DNA of 64,000 nucleotides from Paracoccaceae bacterium (GTDB taxonomy: Bacteria > Pseudomonadota > Alphaproteobacteria > Rhodobacterales > Rhodobacteraceae): the NCBI GenBank assembly GCA_040880065.1, contig JBBDJE010000003.1, positions 102,772 through 166,771 on the forward strand. The letters are read 5' to 3'. The notes under the pieces were generated by a model. That model did not search any database. It was given only the letters and a program-made list of their open reading frames with translations, and was not told where the DNA came from. Positions 19,981 to 31,118 of this stretch are shown here, piece after piece. Each line of letters begins with the position of its first letter. Positions within the stretch are counted from its first letter, which is position 1. The position numbers were made by a program, and so were the translations under genes.

Positions 19981-20501
19981 TACAGCACAAAGCCTTCGGG
20001 ATATTCGTGCAGACCGTCAAAATCGCCCTTGCCCAGCGCCAGCCCGGCAGCGCGCAAATTTGCGTAAGCCATTGCGTAGTGGAACATGAAATTCGGCATG
20101 CCGAACACGTGTAGAAAATCATGCGGCGACTGCTCTAAAAACGCCACGCCCGCCCGGTGCTGAATGATCCGCCCTTCGGCCTGCACAAACTGTTCGGGCT
20201 TGAGCATAGCAAGCTTGGCGCGCGCCAGCGCCAGCCAGTCGGCCAGAACCTCGCGGCTGGCATCCACCTGCGGCACGCCCGAAACCCGCTTGCCCGCCAG
20301 CTTCAGACAGGTGCGCAGGCTGAAGTTGATCGCCGTGGCAATCTGCGCCGATGCCGGGGCCATATCCGGCGCAAGCCTGTGGGCCAGCACCTCGGGCGTT
20401 ACATCCAGCCGCGCCAGAATCGCGGCCATCCTGTCAAGATAATGCAGGAAGACGGGCACCGAGGCGGTGTATAAATCAGAAGGCAGGCTATGTTCGGTCA
20501 T
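19980..20501 (-). CDS. DUF1993 domain protein
   Basis: Internal start MTEHSLPSDLYTASVPVFLHYLDRMAAIL (ATG at 20501). This is a DUF1993-like N-terminus, and the upstream extension in the track ORF is implausible. Confidence 0.8.
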   Translation of the reverse strand: MTEHSLPSDLYTASVPVFLHYLDRMAAILARLDVTPEVLAHRLAPDMAPASAQIATAINFSLRTCLKLAGKRVSGVPQVDASREVLADWLALARAKLAMLKPEQFVQAEGRIIQHRAGVAFLEQSPHDFLHVFGMPNFMFHYAMAYANLRAAGLALGKGDFDGLHEYPEGFVL

Positions 20502-20640
20502 GGCGCGATGATACGGCGCATTCCCGCCCTGTCCAGCCCATAGATTTATGCAGATACTTGCTTGGCATTGCACCGCAAATGCGCCTAAAGCTGGTGAGCA
20601 TGAACGAGCCTGCGCGCACCCGCATTGCTGCGCGCAAAAC

Positions 20641-21360
20641 CTAAGAAAACAGGCCCGGCAGGATGTTTACCATTTGCGCGGCTGCAAAGCCGAATACAAA
20701 GCTGGCCAGCACGATGGCGCAGATCACCAGCACATAGCGGGCCAGCAAAGGCAGGGTTTGGCGCGGTTGCACCTCTGCCGCCAGAACCGCAGGCAAAAAA
20801 ACGATCACCGCAAGCCACATGTTAACCGGCAGCAAAATAACCGCATCCATCCAGTTTTCATCCATGCGCAAAACACGCAGCAGCGGCCCATCTACGATCA
20901 TCGCGAAAACCACCAGCACCATCAGCATTTCCAGCCGCGAGAACCGGATGCGGCCAAACACCAACGCGGCCGCCAGCGCCGCCCCCCCGAAGATGAACAG
21001 GCTCCACAATAAAGATTGGCCCAAAACGCCAAAAAGCGCCGCCAGACCAACCCCCTGGCTTGAGGCCAGGAACAGCGTTTTGATCGCGCCTGACAGGGCC
21101 ACAAAGCCCAGCGCCAGCACAAAAAACCGCAGCGTGGCCATGCCCGGCGCGCGCGGCGCAAAGGCCAGCAAGCCGCGATATTGCCACATCAACACCCCCG
21201 CAAGAGTTGGCAGCACCAGCGGAATCAGCGCCTGAACCAACCCGGCAAATATCAGCAAATAGCCCAAATATGCCACGCTTGGCACGCTCAGCACACCAAG
21301 CGCCACCAGTGCCACTTTTTCAGTCGGGGCCAGCCCGCGGGTGGCTTTTGCCTCAGTCAC
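20641..21360 (-). CDS. Polytopic membrane protein, function unknown
   Basis: 239 aa with about 7 hydrophobic segments. It overlaps the aspS stop by 8 nt, so the two genes are probably co-transcribed. Confidence 0.6.
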   Translation of the reverse strand: MTEAKATRGLAPTEKVALVALGVLSVPSVAYLGYLLIFAGLVQALIPLVLPTLAGVLMWQYRGLLAFAPRAPGMATLRFFVLALGFVALSGAIKTLFLASSQGVGLAALFGVLGQSLLWSLFIFGGAALAAALVFGRIRFSRLEMLMVLVVFAMIVDGPLLRVLRMDENWMDAVILLPVNMWLAVIVFLPAVLAAEVQPRQTLPLLARYVLVICAIVLASFVFGFAAAQMVNILPGLFS

Positions 21361-23371
21361 GCGGAATGCTGCGCAGGTTCAACTCGCGCATCTGCTCGTT
21401 TGTCGGCGCGCTGGGTGCGCCCATCATCAGGTCTTCGGCGCGCTGGTTCATCGGGAACATGATCACCTGACGGATATTCGCCTCATCGGCCAGAAGCATG
21501 ACAATCCGGTCTATCCCCGCCGCACAGCCGCCATGGGGCGGCGCGCCATAGCGAAACGCGTTGACCATGCCGCCAAAGCGGGCCTCTACCTCGTCGCGGC
21601 CATAGCCGGCAATTTCAAAGGCTTTGAACATGATCTCGGGCTTGTGGTTTCGAATGGCGCCCGACACCAGTTCATAGCCATTGCAGGCAAGGTCATACTG
21701 ATAGCCGAGCACCTCAAGCGGGTCGCCCATCAGCGCCTCCAGCCCGCCTTGCGGCATGGAAAACGGGTTATGTTCAAAGTCGATCTTGCCGCTATCCTCA
21801 TCACGCGCGTAAATCGGAAAATCGACGATCCATGCAAAGCGGAACGTGTCGGTTTCGCTCAGGCCAAGCTCGCTGCCAATCACGTTGCGCGCACGGCCTG
21901 CCACGGCCTCAAACGCCTTGGGTTTGCCGCCAAGGAAGAAGGCCGCATCGCCCACCTTCAGCCCCAGTTGCTGGCGGATCGCCTCGGTGCGTTCCGGCCC
22001 GATATTCTTGGCCAAGGGGCCTGCGGCTTCCATCGGACCAAAGTAAGCATTTAATAGCAATGTTGCTTCCGTCGTCTCACCACGCTGCCAGTGCTTAGCA
22101 ATTCTATTTCTAACGCTTTCTTTGGTTTCGGCGTCAACATGCGTTGAATATGTTGCCTCGTAATCTACAAGAGCGGAAGCTGCATTCTGCTGCTCTGCCT
22201 CAGTCCCGTTGACAACTGCATCAATCGCAACAAGGAAATTCGGAAAATCTTCCACAGCGTTGGAAACGTCACCAAATTCGCTTTGGCGCTTCCGCCAGAA
22301 AATATAGCCCATACCGGGCAGGCCTTCTTTCTGGGCAAAGGCGTTCATGCGGTCGCAGAATTTGCGGCTGCCACCGGTTGGCGCAGGAATGGCGCGGATT
22401 TCGGTGCCGTCCTGTTCCAGAATATTGGCGAAAATCGCAAAGCCCGAACCGGCGAAATGGTCCGATACATCCTGCATCCTGATCGGGTTGCGCAGGTCGG
22501 GCTTGTCGGAGCCATACCATTTCAGCGCATCACGATAGGCGATTTGCGGCCAGTCGGTCGCCACTTTGCGCCCACCGCCAAATTCCTCAAACACACCCTG
22601 AATGACCGGCTGGATCGTGTCAAACACGTCTTGCTGTTCCACAAAGCTCATCTCAAGGTCGAGCTGGTAGAAATCGGTCGGCGAGCGGTCGGCGCGCGGG
22701 TCTTCATCGCGAAAACACGGGGCAATCTGGAAATATTTGTCGAACCCCGACACCATGATCAACTGTTTGAACTGCTGGGGCGCCTGTGGCAGCGCATAGA
22801 ACTTGCCGGGATGCAGGCGGGATGGCACCAGAAAATCGCGCGCACCTTCGGGCGAGCTTGCGGTCAATATCGGGGTTTGGAATTCATTGAACTCTTTGGC
22901 CCACATGCGCTTGCGAATGCTGGCCACCACGTTGGAGCGCAGCATCATATTGGCATGCAGGCTTTCGCGGCGCAGATCGAGAAAGCGGTATTTCAGGCGG
23001 GTTTCTTCGGGGTAATCCGGCTCGCCAAATACCGGCAGCGGCAAATCATCAGTGGCGCCCAGCACGGTGAGCGCGCGCACATAAATCTCCACCTCGCCGG
23101 TGGGGATATTGGGGTTCACAAGCTCGGCGGCGCGGGCTTTTACGTTGCCATCAATGCTGATCACCGTTTCGGCGCGCAGCTTTTCAAGCGCTGCAAAGGC
23201 CGCGCTGTCCCCATCGGCAATAAGCTGGGTTATGCCGTAATGGTCGCGCAAATCTATGAACAAAACACCGCCATGGTCGCGCACGCGGTGCACCCAGCCC
23301 GACAGGCGAACATCCTGCCCGACATGGCCGGCATTCAGGGCGGCGCAGGTATGTGAACGATAGGCGTGCAT
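21353..23371 (-). CDS. aspS: Aspartate--tRNA ligase, carrying an unusual in-frame insertion
   Basis: 672 aa with an OB-fold N-terminus, class II motifs ([10 protein letters not shown]; [14 protein letters not shown]) and a GAD insertion domain. It is about 80 aa longer than usual; see the finding at 22040-22288. Confidence 0.95.
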   Translation of the reverse strand: MHAYRSHTCAALNAGHVGQDVRLSGWVHRVRDHGGVLFIDLRDHYGITQLIADGDSAAFAALEKLRAETVISIDGNVKARAAELVNPNIPTGEVEIYVRALTVLGATDDLPLPVFGEPDYPEETRLKYRFLDLRRESLHANMMLRSNVVASIRKRMWAKEFNEFQTPILTASSPEGARDFLVPSRLHPGKFYALPQAPQQFKQLIMVSGFDKYFQIAPCFRDEDPRADRSPTDFYQLDLEMSFVEQQDVFDTIQPVIQGVFEEFGGGRKVATDWPQIAYRDALKWYGSDKPDLRNPIRMQDVSDHFAGSGFAIFANILEQDGTEIRAIPAPTGGSRKFCDRMNAFAQKEGLPGMGYIFWRKRQSEFGDVSNAVEDFPNFLVAIDAVVNGTEAEQQNAASALVDYEATYSTHVDAETKESVRNRIAKHWQRGETTEATLLLNAYFGPMEAAGPLAKNIGPERTEAIRQQLGLKVGDAAFFLGGKPKAFEAVAGRARNVIGSELGLSETDTFRFAWIVDFPIYARDEDSGKIDFEHNPFSMPQGGLEALMGDPLEVLGYQYDLACNGYELVSGAIRNHKPEIMFKAFEIAGYGRDEVEARFGGMVNAFRYGAPPHGGCAAGIDRIVMLLADEANIRQVIMFPMNQRAEDLMMGAPSAPTNEQMRELNLRSIPRD

Positions 23372-23669
23372 GGCAGATCCTCAGCTCAAAGGGCAGCGCG
23401 CGGGGCACTGCAAACAAATGCCTGATACACTCGGTTGCGCCAATAATGTCAAGGGTAGGGGGTCGCAGAGAGGGCAGAAGCCTGGGGCGGAGATATTTGA
23501 GAAAAGAAGATGAGGGTTGGTTTTTGGGAAGAACGGAAGCAAACGGGGTTGCGCGCCGGTGTCCAGCGACTATAACCACGCCAATTTGCCCCTGCTGATG
23601 CAAATCTGACCGGCCCGCCGGGCTGGTTTTGCGCGGGCGGGCGGGCAGCAGGTGTATTTGGGGGCTGAC

Positions 23670-26600
23670 ATGCCGAAAAGAACCGATATTTCTTCCATTA
23701 TGATCATCGGGGCAGGCCCTATTGTGATTGGTCAGGCCTGCGAGTTTGATTATTCCGGCGCGCAGGCCTGCAAGGCTTTGCGCGAGGAAGGCTACCGCGT
23801 CATCCTTGTCAACTCCAACCCAGCCACCATCATGACCGACCCGGACATGGCCGATGCCACCTATATCGAGCCGATCACGCCCGACATAGTCGCCCGCATC
23901 ATTGAAAAGGAACGCCCCGATGCGCTCTTGCCCACAATGGGCGGGCAGACCGGGCTGAACACGGCTCTGGCGCTGGATGATATGGGCGTGCTGGAAAAAT
24001 TCGGGGTGGAACTGATCGGCGCACGCCGCGAGGCCATTGAAATGGCCGAAGACCGCAAGCTGTTTCGTGAAGCGATGGACCGGATCGGCATTGAAAACCC
24101 CCGCGCCACAATCATCGCCGCCCCCAAGCTTGAAAACGGCAAATATGACCGCAAGGCCGGCTTGGCCGAGGCGATGGCGGCGATTGAATTTGTCGGCCTT
24201 CCCGCCATTATCCGCCCCGCCTTTACCATGGGCGGCACCGGTGGCGGTGTGGCCTATAACCGCGAGGATTACGAGAAAATCTGCGCCAGCGGTCTGGCCG
24301 CCTCGCCGGTTGCGCAAATTCTGGTCGATGAGAGCCTGCTCGGCTGGAAAGAATTCGAGATGGAGGTGGTGCGCGACACCGCCGACAACGCCATCATCAT
24401 CTGTTCCATTGAAAACGTCGACCCGATGGGCGTGCATACCGGCGACAGCATCACCGTTGCCCCTGCCCTTACGCTGACAGATAAAGAATATCAGCTCATG
24501 CGCAGCCATTCCATCAACGTGCTGCGCGAGATTGGCGTGGAAACCGGCGGCTCCAATGTACAATGGGCGGTAAACCCGGCCGATGGGCGCATGGTGGTCA
24601 TTGAAATGAACCCGCGCGTGTCGCGCTCCTCGGCGCTGGCTTCTAAGGCCACCGGCTTTCCCATTGCCAAGGTCGCCGCCAAGCTGGCCGTGGGCTACAC
24701 GCTTGACGAGCTGGACAATGACATCACCAAAGTTACGCCCGCCAGCTTTGAGCCGAGCATCGATTATATTGTCACCAAAATCCCGCGCTTCGCGTTTGAA
24801 AAATTCCCCGGTGCGAAGGATGATCTGACCACGGCCATGAAATCGGTGGGCGAGGCGATGGCCATTGGCCGCACCATTCATGAAAGCCTGCAAAAGGCGC
24901 TGGCCAGCATGGAAACCGGCCTGACCGGCTTTGATGAAATCGCCATTGAAGGTGAAGGCGAAGGCGCGCTGATCGCCGCGCTTTCCAAAGTCACCCCCGA
25001 CCGGATACGCGTGATCGCGCAGGCCATGCGGATGAACGCCTCTGACGAGCTTATCTACTCTGTCACCAAGTTCGACCCGTGGTTCCTTGCCCGCATCCGT
25101 GAAATTGTCGAGGCCGAAGCCCTGATCCGCGAAACCGGTCTGCCCGACAGCGCCGAGGCGCTGCGGGGGCTTAAAATGCTGGGCTTTTCCGATGCACGGC
25201 TTGCCAAGCTCACTGGGCTGGACGAGGCTGCGATTCGCGCCACACGCGGCAAGCTCGGCGTTCATGCCAGCTTCAAGCGCATCGACACCTGCGCCGCCGA
25301 ATTCGAAGCACAAACGCCATATATGTATTCCACCTATGAGGCCCCTGCCATGGGCGAGGTCGAGTGCGAATCGCGCCCGTCCGACCGTAAAAAGGTCGTC
25401 ATTCTCGGCGGTGGTCCGAACCGCATCGGCCAAGGCATCGAGTTTGACTATTGCTGCTGCCATGCCTGCTATGCGCTGTCAGATGTGGGCTATGAGACCA
25501 TCATGGTCAACTGCAACCCCGAAACCGTTTCAACCGATTATGACACCTCCGACAGGCTGTATTTCGAGCCGCTCACGCTGGAATGCGTGCTGGAAATTCT
25601 GCGCACCGAACAGCAAAACGGCACGCTGCACGGCGTTATCGTGCAATTCGGCGGCCAGACCCCACTAAAGCTGGCCAATGAATTGCAAATGGCGGGCATT
25701 CCCATACTGGGCACCACGCCCGATGCCATCGACCTTGCCGAAGACCGCGAGCGCTTCCAGCAATTGCTGAACAGGCTTGGGCTGAAACAGCCGGTCAACG
25801 GCATTGCCAGCACCGATGCGCAAGCCTTTGAAATTGCTGGTCGCGTCGGCTACCCGCTGGTCATCCGCCCGTCATATGTGCTGGGGGGGCGCGCCATGGA
25901 AATCGTGCGCGATACCGAACAGCTGACGCGCTACATCACCAATGCGGTCACGGTTTCGGGCGCAAGCCCGGTGCTGCTCGACAGCTATTTGACCGGCGCA
26001 ATCGAGGTGGATGTCGATGCGCTATCCGACGGAAAATCGGTGCATGTTGCCGGAATTATGGAACATATTGAGGAGGCCGGCGTGCATTCGGGCGATAGCG
26101 CCTGCTGCCTGCCGCCGCATTCGCTTTCGCCCGAAATCGTGGCCGAGCTCAAGCGCCAGACCGTGCAAATGGCGCTGGCGCTGAATGTTGTTGGCCTGAT
26201 GAACGTGCAATTCGCCATCAAGGACGGCGATATCTATGTGCTGGAGGTGAACCCGCGCGCGTCGCGCACCGTGCCCTTTGTCGCCAAGGCAACCGACAGC
26301 GCCATCGCCGCTATTGCCGCGCGGCTTATGGCGGGCGAACCGCTTGAGAACTTCCCGCTGCGCGCACCCTACCCTTCCGGCGTTGGCCCCGATACGCCGC
26401 TGCCGCTGATGGACAAGCTCACCCTGGCCGACCCGATCACCCCGTGGTTCTCGGTGAAAGAGGCCGTGCTGCCCTTTGCGCGCTTTCCCGGTGTTGACAC
26501 TTTGCTCGGGCCGGAAATGCGCTCGACCGGCGAGGTGATGGGCTGGGACCGCACCTTTGCGCTGGCATTTTTGAAGGCGCAAATGGGCGCAGGCGTTGAT

Positions 26601-26999
26601 TTGCCCACCGCGGGGCGTGTGTTCATCTCGATCAAGGATTCCGACAAAACCGACGCACTCGCCGAGGCGGCCCGCAGCCTTGTTTCTATGGGATATGATC
26701 TGGTCGCCACGCGCGGCACGGCGAATTTCCTCAATGCAGCCAACGCGCCGTGCACGCTGGTGAACAAGGTCTATGAGGGTCGCCCGAACATTGTCGATAT
26801 GCTCAAGAATAACGACATCGCGCTTGTTTTCAACACAACCGAAGGCAGTCAGGCGATCAATGACAGCCGCGAAATCCGCACTGTCGCCTTGATGGACAAG
26901 ATCCCCTATTTCACAACGGCAGCGGGCAGCATTTCGGCAGTCGCCGCGATTCGCGCGCGTGCCGAAGGCGATGTGAGCGTGCGCACGCTTCAGGGATAA
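23670..26999 (+). CDS. carB: Carbamoyl-phosphate synthase large subunit
   Basis: Conserved start [30 protein letters not shown] (ATG at 23670, Met7 of the track ORF). It has duplicated ATP-grasp halves and an MGS-like C-terminus. Confidence 0.97.
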   Translation: MPKRTDISSIMIIGAGPIVIGQACEFDYSGAQACKALREEGYRVILVNSNPATIMTDPDMADATYIEPITPDIVARIIEKERPDALLPTMGGQTGLNTALALDDMGVLEKFGVELIGARREAIEMAEDRKLFREAMDRIGIENPRATIIAAPKLENGKYDRKAGLAEAMAAIEFVGLPAIIRPAFTMGGTGGGVAYNREDYEKICASGLAASPVAQILVDESLLGWKEFEMEVVRDTADNAIIICSIENVDPMGVHTGDSITVAPALTLTDKEYQLMRSHSINVLREIGVETGGSNVQWAVNPADGRMVVIEMNPRVSRSSALASKATGFPIAKVAAKLAVGYTLDELDNDITKVTPASFEPSIDYIVTKIPRFAFEKFPGAKDDLTTAMKSVGEAMAIGRTIHESLQKALASMETGLTGFDEIAIEGEGEGALIAALSKVTPDRIRVIAQAMRMNASDELIYSVTKFDPWFLARIREIVEAEALIRETGLPDSAEALRGLKMLGFSDARLAKLTGLDEAAIRATRGKLGVHASFKRIDTCAAEFEAQTPYMYSTYEAPAMGEVECESRPSDRKKVVILGGGPNRIGQGIEFDYCCCHACYALSDVGYETIMVNCNPETVSTDYDTSDRLYFEPLTLECVLEILRTEQQNGTLHGVIVQFGGQTPLKLANELQMAGIPILGTTPDAIDLAEDRERFQQLLNRLGLKQPVNGIASTDAQAFEIAGRVGYPLVIRPSYVLGGRAMEIVRDTEQLTRYITNAVTVSGASPVLLDSYLTGAIEVDVDALSDGKSVHVAGIMEHIEEAGVHSGDSACCLPPHSLSPEIVAELKRQTVQMALALNVVGLMNVQFAIKDGDIYVLEVNPRASRTVPFVAKATDSAIAAIAARLMAGEPLENFPLRAPYPSGVGPDTPLPLMDKLTLADPITPWFSVKEAVLPFARFPGVDTLLGPEMRSTGEVMGWDRTFALAFLKAQMGAGVDLPTAGRVFISIKDSDKTDALAEAARSLVSMGYDLVATRGTANFLNAANAPCTLVNKVYEGRPNIVDMLKNNDIALVFNTTEGSQAINDSREIRTVALMDKIPYFTTAAGSISAVAAIRARAEGDVSVRTLQG

Positions 27000-27136
27000 C
27001 CCTGCATTTTCAGAAACTTACAATCTTGCCCGCCAGACAATGGGCAAGATTTCGCCTATGCGACAGGGCTGGCCCTTCCCCGATTGGCGTTGCGCGAGTA
27101 GGAGTCTCGCCATCTTCAACGGCATATGAGCGACGT

Positions 27137-27634
27137 TTGTCTTTTCTTGAAAACCTTCGGGGCGGGGTCGCGCTCCTGTTCGTGCTGGGGCTTTCCGTCT
27201 CGGGTTGTAGCAACGCCTATGGCACTGAGGTGTCGCTGTCGCGCAACGGATTCACGCAAGCCGATGTGGCCTGCATGGCCGAGGCATTGTATTTTGAGGC
27301 CCGCGGCACCGGCGAAGAAGGCCGCCGCGCGGTTGGCGAGGTGATCTTGAACCGTGTCACCGATCCGCGCTTCCCCGGCACGGTTTGTGCCGTGGTCGAT
27401 GATAACTGCCAGTTTTCCTACCGCTGCGACCATATTCCAAACAATATGTATAACGATTCCGCCGCACGTGGCCGCGCGCTTGATACCGCGCTGACGCTGT
27501 TGACCGAGCAGCGCGCAGACATCACATCGGGCGCGCTGTTCTTTCATTCCGAACGCATGCGCCCGACAAGCTGGTTCCAGACCCTGCCACGCGTGGGCAC
27601 GTTCGGCGGCAATGTCTTTTACCGCTCGACCTAG
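27137..27634 (+). CDS. SleB-like cell wall hydrolase (probable lipoprotein)
   Basis: ACMAEALYFEARGTGEEGRRAVGEVILNRV...CQFSY is the hydrolase_2/SleB signature. The track ORF starts at 27026. I prefer the in-frame TTG at 27137, which gives MSFLENLRGGVALLFVLGLSVSGC with a lipobox. The start remains uncertain. Confidence 0.75.
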   Translation: MSFLENLRGGVALLFVLGLSVSGCSNAYGTEVSLSRNGFTQADVACMAEALYFEARGTGEEGRRAVGEVILNRVTDPRFPGTVCAVVDDNCQFSYRCDHIPNNMYNDSAARGRALDTALTLLTEQRADITSGALFFHSERMRPTSWFQTLPRVGTFGGNVFYRST

Positions 27635-27748
27635 CTTTATAGTTACAATGTAGCCGTCTTTTCGTGCATTTTGACCCTTTTTTGAGCTGAAACAGCCGAA
27701 TCCGGGCCAGGTTTTCTGCAGTTACAATGTATCCATAAGCCGCAATCG

Positions 27749-28588
27749 CTAGAGCGCACTTTCTTGCAGCAATTCCGCAAAAATTTCACCGAAGTCACGG
27801 GCGCGGGCGTTGAGCACCTCACTTATCGCAACGTTCAGTGCGGCGTAAAAACCCAGCCCGACCGGACCGGTCAGAAAGTCGGCATAAGCTTCCATATCTT
27901 CATCCGAAATTTCGGCATAGGTGAAAGCGGTCTGGATGTAGATTGCGCGCTCAAGTTCAGCGGCGATCGCGCCGCGCTGCTCGTTCAGCATGGCGATGAT
28001 TTCGTCTTGCGACATGCTGAAAGGCATCAACCCGCTGGCCTGCATGCCTGTGACCATCGCAAGATTCATTGACATGGTGCTGGCCAACGCGGTTTCGAGA
28101 AAGCCACTCTCTTCAACCATGCGGCGGTAAAGGGCGATACGCGCAGGGTCTTCACTGAGCAAGCGCGCCATAATCGCGCCGCCCTCGGCCGCGACCAACC
28201 CATCATCGGTAATTTTTTGCGCGGCGTTCTCGGCCAGCGTGACATGCCGGCCAAGCGGGCTGTCGAAAAACGCGGCGGCCTCGGAAAAATCTTCCATCCT
28301 GTGGCGCGATTGTAGCGCGATGACCAACTGGTCGATGACCAGACCACCATCAAAGGCGGTAAGGGCGGCGCGGCGCCATGCGCTTGCAGCGTCGATATTC
28401 AGCCCGACCTCGCTTGCGCCATTGGCCATGACATCGCCCAAAGTGCCATAAGACACATCCACCCCCGAAGCGTGCAAAAGCTCGGCGATATTGCGGGCCG
28501 GTTCGGCCTGTAGCGAAGCGGGCAGCAGCAGGGCAAGGGCGGTGAGAAGGGGCTTTAACACGGCAGGGGCATCCTTTTTGCGAATCAA
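27749..28588 (-). CDS. Secreted protein with DUF2059-like repeats
   Basis: The track ORF runs to 28630 and would overlap tdk. The in-frame TTG at 28588 gives a good signal peptide, (M)IRKKDAPAVLKPLLTALALLLPASLQA. The motifs AAFFDSPLG and EAYADFLTGPVG resemble DUF2059. Confidence 0.6.
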   Translation of the reverse strand: MIRKKDAPAVLKPLLTALALLLPASLQAEPARNIAELLHASGVDVSYGTLGDVMANGASEVGLNIDAASAWRRAALTAFDGGLVIDQLVIALQSRHRMEDFSEAAAFFDSPLGRHVTLAENAAQKITDDGLVAAEGGAIMARLLSEDPARIALYRRMVEESGFLETALASTMSMNLAMVTGMQASGLMPFSMSQDEIIAMLNEQRGAIAAELERAIYIQTAFTYAEISDEDMEAYADFLTGPVGLGFYAALNVAISEVLNARARDFGEIFAELLQESAL

Positions 28589-28623
28589 CTTGAACCAAAA
28601 CCGATGCTGGGCAAAAAGGCTGC

Positions 28624-29208
28624 ATGGCAAAGCTCTATTTCAACTATTCCACAATGAATGCTGGCAAGTCGACCATTCTGTTGCAGGCTGCGCATAACTA
28701 TGCCGAACGCGGGATGGACACCTATTTGCTGACCGCGCGGCTGGACCGTCGCGCCGGTGAAGGCAAAATCGCCAGCCGTATCGGTATCGGGCAACCCGCC
28801 GACACGTTTGATGAGAAGAGCAATGTGCAGGCAATGGTTGCCGCACGCATTGCCAAAGGCCCCATAGCCTGTGTGCTGATCGACGAGGCGCAGTTCCTGA
28901 CGCCCGAACAGGTGTGGCAACTGGCCCGCGTAGCCGATGACCTTGGCGTGCCTGTAATGGCCTATGGGCTGCGGGTGGATTTTTTGGGGAAGCTTTTCCC
29001 CGGTTCGGCGACCTTGCTGGCGCTGGCCGATGATTTGCGCGAGGTGCGCACCATTTGCCATTGCGGGCGCAAAGCCACCATGGTGGTGCGCCAGTCGGCC
29101 GATGGTTCGGTGGCGACAGCGGGCGACCAAGTGCAGATAGGCGGCAACGAGACCTATGTCAGCCTATGCCGCCGCCACTGGCGCGAAGCGGTCGGCGATA
29201 CGGGATAA
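28624..29208 (+). CDS. tdk: Thymidine kinase
   Basis: 194 aa with the P-loop STMNAGKST and a C-terminal zinc motif (CHCGRKA...CRRH). Confidence 0.92.
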   Translation: MAKLYFNYSTMNAGKSTILLQAAHNYAERGMDTYLLTARLDRRAGEGKIASRIGIGQPADTFDEKSNVQAMVAARIAKGPIACVLIDEAQFLTPEQVWQLARVADDLGVPVMAYGLRVDFLGKLFPGSATLLALADDLREVRTICHCGRKATMVVRQSADGSVATAGDQVQIGGNETYVSLCRRHWREAVGDTG

Positions 29209-29262
29209 TTGCTTTTTCGCCCCACTTCCTGTATAGTTGTTTTTTGCAAGTTTTAGCAAGGG

Positions 29263-29709
29263 GTGGGCCAGACGATGCGCAAGGCAGGCAAGGACCACTG
29301 GCACGGCGAGCCGGTGCGCTATTTTTCGGGCATATTCGGGAACAAGTGGTCGCTGATGATCTTGCGCGATATGATCTTTGCGGGCAAGCGCAGTTTTGGC
29401 GCGTTTCTGGACTCGCCGGAAAAAATCGCCACCAACATCCTTTCAACCCGGCTGGGCGAGCTGGTCGATGCTGGCGTGATTGCCAAGGTCATGCCCAAGC
29501 GCAAGGGGGCGCGGGCGGTCTATATTCTTACGCCACGCGGGCGCGCGCTGCTGCCGGTGATCTTTGCGATCATGGATTGGGCGGCGCGTGAAGACCCCGA
29601 AAGCGACGCCGATGCCAGCCTTCTGGGCGCGCTGCGCGACACGCCCAGCATGCTGAAGGTGAAGCTGATGGCCGGAATTGACGCAGCCGACAAAGCGGCT
29701 TTGGCCTGA
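29263..29709 (+). CDS. HxlR family transcriptional regulator
   Basis: GNKWSLMILRDMIFAGKRSFGAFL...IATNILSTRLGELVDAGVI is an HxlR winged helix. Confidence 0.85.
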   Translation: MGQTMRKAGKDHWHGEPVRYFSGIFGNKWSLMILRDMIFAGKRSFGAFLDSPEKIATNILSTRLGELVDAGVIAKVMPKRKGARAVYILTPRGRALLPVIFAIMDWAAREDPESDADASLLGALRDTPSMLKVKLMAGIDAADKAALA

Positions 29710-29719
29710 ACTTAGCGGC

Positions 29720-30685
29720 CTAAACCTTGTTGGGCAGATCCTTGCCTGCGAAATGCGCGATCAGGTTGGCAGTGGCGGTCATACCCATCGCGGTGCGGGT
29801 TTCGACCGTGGCACTGCCGATATGTGGCAAAAGACAGACGTTTTCGAGTTCGCGTAACGCATTGGGCACGCGCGGCTCCTTGGCGAAAACATCCAGCCCC
29901 GCGCCTGCAATCTTGCCTGCCAGAAGGGCGGCCACCAGCGCCGGTTCATCGACAATATCGCCGCGCGCGGTGTTGATGAGAAAGGCTGTCGGCTTCATCA
30001 GCGCGATACGGTTGGCCGAAAGCAGGCCACGATTTGCCTCGCCGCCGGGGCAATGCAGGCTGAGAATGTCGGAAGCCTCGATCAGATCTTCGACAGTATC
30101 CATGCGCTGGGCACCGGGAATGCGCTGCACCTCGACCTTGGAGCGGTTGAAATACACCACCTTCATGCCAAAGCCGTAATAGGCGCGCAGGGCCACGGCA
30201 GTGCCGATGCGCCCCATGCCGATAATACCAAGGGTTTTGCCCTGAAGGCCGGTGCCAAGCCCGTCGACCAGTGAAAAGCCACCCCATTCGCCACGGCGCA
30301 GGCGGTTTTCGTGCATCCATGTGCGCCGGGTAACGTTGAGCATGAGGGTGAGCGCAAGATCGGCAGTGGCGTCGGTCAGCACATCGGGGGTGTTGGTGAT
30401 GTGGATGCCCTGCTCGGTCGCCGCCTCAAGGTCGATATGGTTGGTGCCCACCCCGAAATTCGCCAGAATCTGCGCGCGCCGCTTGCCGCCTGCCGCCATA
30501 ACCTCGGCGTCAAGCGGGTCGCCGACGGCGACGAGCATCCCGTCGGCGTTTTGCATCGCAGCGATCATCTTTTCGCGCGTGAACCGCTTGTCATGCGGGT
30601 TGAGCGCCACGGTGAAATGGCGTTTGAGCCGGGCTTCGACAGCGTCGGGCAGTTTGCGGGTAACGATGATGCGCGGGGCAGACAT
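29720..30685 (-). CDS. D-2-hydroxyacid dehydrogenase / glyoxylate-hydroxypyruvate reductase family
   Basis: Internal start MSAPRIIVTRKLP (ATG at 30685). NAD motif GIIGMGRIGTAVA. The catalytic region ends in HIGSAT. Confidence 0.9.
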   Translation of the reverse strand: MSAPRIIVTRKLPDAVEARLKRHFTVALNPHDKRFTREKMIAAMQNADGMLVAVGDPLDAEVMAAGGKRRAQILANFGVGTNHIDLEAATEQGIHITNTPDVLTDATADLALTLMLNVTRRTWMHENRLRRGEWGGFSLVDGLGTGLQGKTLGIIGMGRIGTAVALRAYYGFGMKVVYFNRSKVEVQRIPGAQRMDTVEDLIEASDILSLHCPGGEANRGLLSANRIALMKPTAFLINTARGDIVDEPALVAALLAGKIAGAGLDVFAKEPRVPNALRELENVCLLPHIGSATVETRTAMGMTATANLIAHFAGKDLPNKV

Positions 30686-30695
30686 GAATTTCCTT

Positions 30696-31028
30696 TTAGA
30701 ACATGCGCCCGCCATTGGGCAGGCTTTGATCGGGGGCAAGCAGCACAACGGCACCGTTCGCATCGGGCGCGCCAAGCACCAGACATTCAGACATAAACGG
30801 GCCGATTTGGCGAGGGGGGAAGTTGACAACCCCCATCACCTGCCGCCCGACCAGGGTTTGCGGGCTGTAATGCTCGGTAATTTGGGCCGATGATTTGCGG
30901 GTGCCGATTTCGGCGCCAAAATCGACCCAAAGTTTGAAGGCGGGTTTGCGCGCTTTTGGGAAGGGTTCGGCCCGAATGATTGTGCCAACCCGGATGTCGA
31001 CCTTCTCGAATGTCTCAAAATCCAGCAT
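30696..31028 (-). CDS. csaA: tRNA-binding domain protein (CsaA/YgjH-like)
   Basis: 110 aa. FEKVDIRVGTIIRAEPFPKARKPAFKLWVDFG is the OB-fold tRNA-binding signature. Confidence 0.85.
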   Translation of the reverse strand: MLDFETFEKVDIRVGTIIRAEPFPKARKPAFKLWVDFGAEIGTRKSSAQITEHYSPQTLVGRQVMGVVNFPPRQIGPFMSECLVLGAPDANGAVVLLAPDQSLPNGGRMF

Positions 31029-31049
31029 GAAACGCCGCCTTTCCTTGCG

Positions 31050-31090
31050 CGCACTAAAAAGCCGCCTGCCCGAAAAGGCAAGCGGCTAAT
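31050..31090 (-). terminator. Rho-independent terminator of the phasin gene
   Basis: The reverse strand reads AGCCGCTTGCCttttcgGGCAGGCGGCTttttag, 28 nt after the phasin stop. Confidence 0.6.
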
Positions 31091-31118
31091 CAGCGCCCGT
31101 GGGCGGATTTGCGGAAGA

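Noticed and set aside
22040-22288. Intein hypothesis for the aspS insertion
   Set aside because: At about 83 aa it is too short for even mini-inteins. It lacks an N-terminal Cys/Ser, a C-terminal His-Asn and a following Cys/Ser/Thr nucleophile.
22283-23356. 357-aa ORF on the forward strand
   Set aside because: It is antisense to aspS, so it is a shadow ORF.
23184-25463. 759-aa ORF on the reverse strand
   Set aside because: It is entirely antisense to carB, whose protein is unmistakable. It has Gly/Arg/Ala-rich low-complexity shadow-ORF composition typical of GC-rich DNA.
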